A DNA stretch of 64,000 bases from NCBI GenBank assembly GCA_965644265.1, contig OZ286464.1, forward strand, positions 94,860,001-94,924,000. The letters are read 5' to 3'. Within the stretch, counting starts at the first letter, position 1. Each line of letters begins with the position of its first letter. The stretch comes from Glycera tridactyla (lineage: Eukaryota). The translations under genes were made by a program, and so were the position numbers. Positions 63,033 to 64,000 of this stretch are shown piece after piece. Below the pieces are notes generated by a model, which was not told the DNA's origin, did no database searches, and worked only from the letters and a program-made list of their open reading frames with translations.

Positions 63033-63218
63033 NNNNNNNNNNNNNNNNNNNNNNNNNNNNNNNNNNNNNNNNNNNNNNNNNNNNNNNNNNNNNNNNNNNN
63101 NNNNNNNNNNNNNNNNNNNNNNNNNNNNNNNNNNNNNNNNNNNNNNNNNNNNNNNNNNNNNNNNNNNNNNNNNNNNNNNNNNNNNNNNNNNNNNNNNNNN
63201 NNNNNNNNNNNNNNNNNN
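63033..63218. other. Assembly gap (186 N)
   Basis: Run of n characters. Confidence 1.
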
Positions 63219-64000
63219 ACTTAGGTAGTCACTCACATGGCGGATAAGTTGGAATTCACGTCATATCAAGGCGTTTACTCAAACAAATGTCTCGCTCTCT
63301 CCAGATAGCCTAGATTGAGCTTGTTTTCCTTAAGGATGAATGAGGCAGTTTTTTTTTTAAATTTGCCACATCCTTGAAATTTCATGATTATTTCTAGTGA
63401 GGTATAGATCAGATTTCCTAAAAAAAAAAGTTGGGGTCACCAGGCTCGTTTTTCAGCTGTAGCTATTATATAATTGTTGAAATATTGAGAAAATGCAAAA
63501 AATGCCAAAATACAGTTTCATCAAGAAATATTACATAAACACTATATTCGAATCAATGAAACCTCTTATTTATTTTGTCTTGTATCCTAATGCAACATGA
63601 ATTGGGGAACTCACATGGAGAAAATGTTTTTCATGATAAAAAAGACCCAATAGTCCATGGAAACCAATGAAAAACATCACTGATAAATCACTAATCACCC
63701 TACTGACGATGCAGGAATATTTGCTGGATTCCATTTTCTTCATTCCTTTTGTAGTTCATCACTGGACAATCAAAATAAGTGAAAAAAAATTGCATGTCAC
63801 CAGATTCGCAGCCAGTGTTGAACATTTTATTGAATTTCGCCAAAAGTAATGAAAAATAGCAGAAATATGAACAAATTCAACATAGGCATCCCAAAATTTA
63901 AAGGTGTCTTGCCGGACATCAGGCAATCCTAACCACAAAATTCACCTCAAAGCAACTCGAACTTCTCGAGTTATCATCCGGAAACCATCATTCACCCAAC

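Noticed and set aside
62961-63236. ORFs spanning 62961-63236 and 63016-63228
   Set aside because: Artefacts of translating through the N gap.

Overview
Animal-like, AT-rich, transposon-dense genomic DNA; I recognise no intact host gene, tRNA, rRNA or CRISPR array. Positions 1 to about 55,600 are a head-to-tail array of an ~8.8-kb unit, with junctions at 1021, 9826, 18629, 27435, 36243 and 44869; it runs off the left edge. Each unit joins two decayed retroelements. One is a + strand Ty3/Gypsy pol fragment (protease-RT-partial RNase H). The other is the 5' ~7.1 kb of a - strand CR1/L2-group LINE with an unusual layout: L1-type ORF1 (coiled coil + RRM/CTD), a 55-bp tandem repeat with NF-kB-like sites, a stand-alone SGNH/GDSL hydrolase ORF, a 2.2-kb spacer holding three 114-nt covarying hairpins, then APE endonuclease ORF2 cut off before the RT. 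Shared variants order the units as a three-unit higher-order repeat, (C)ABCAB(C'). The right-hand unit is the most diverged and keeps several ancestral states. It carries a 2,198-bp unclassified insertion (TATA direct repeats, promoter-like motifs, His-rich pentapeptide ORF) and runs on into the Gypsy integrase, PPT and 3' LTR. The remaining ~7 kb holds diverged direct repeats, a fold-back microsatellite, a 5'-truncated CR1/L2 RT fragment with a (TACCA)n tail and a 186-N gap. All family assignments come from motif recognition by eye, not database searches.
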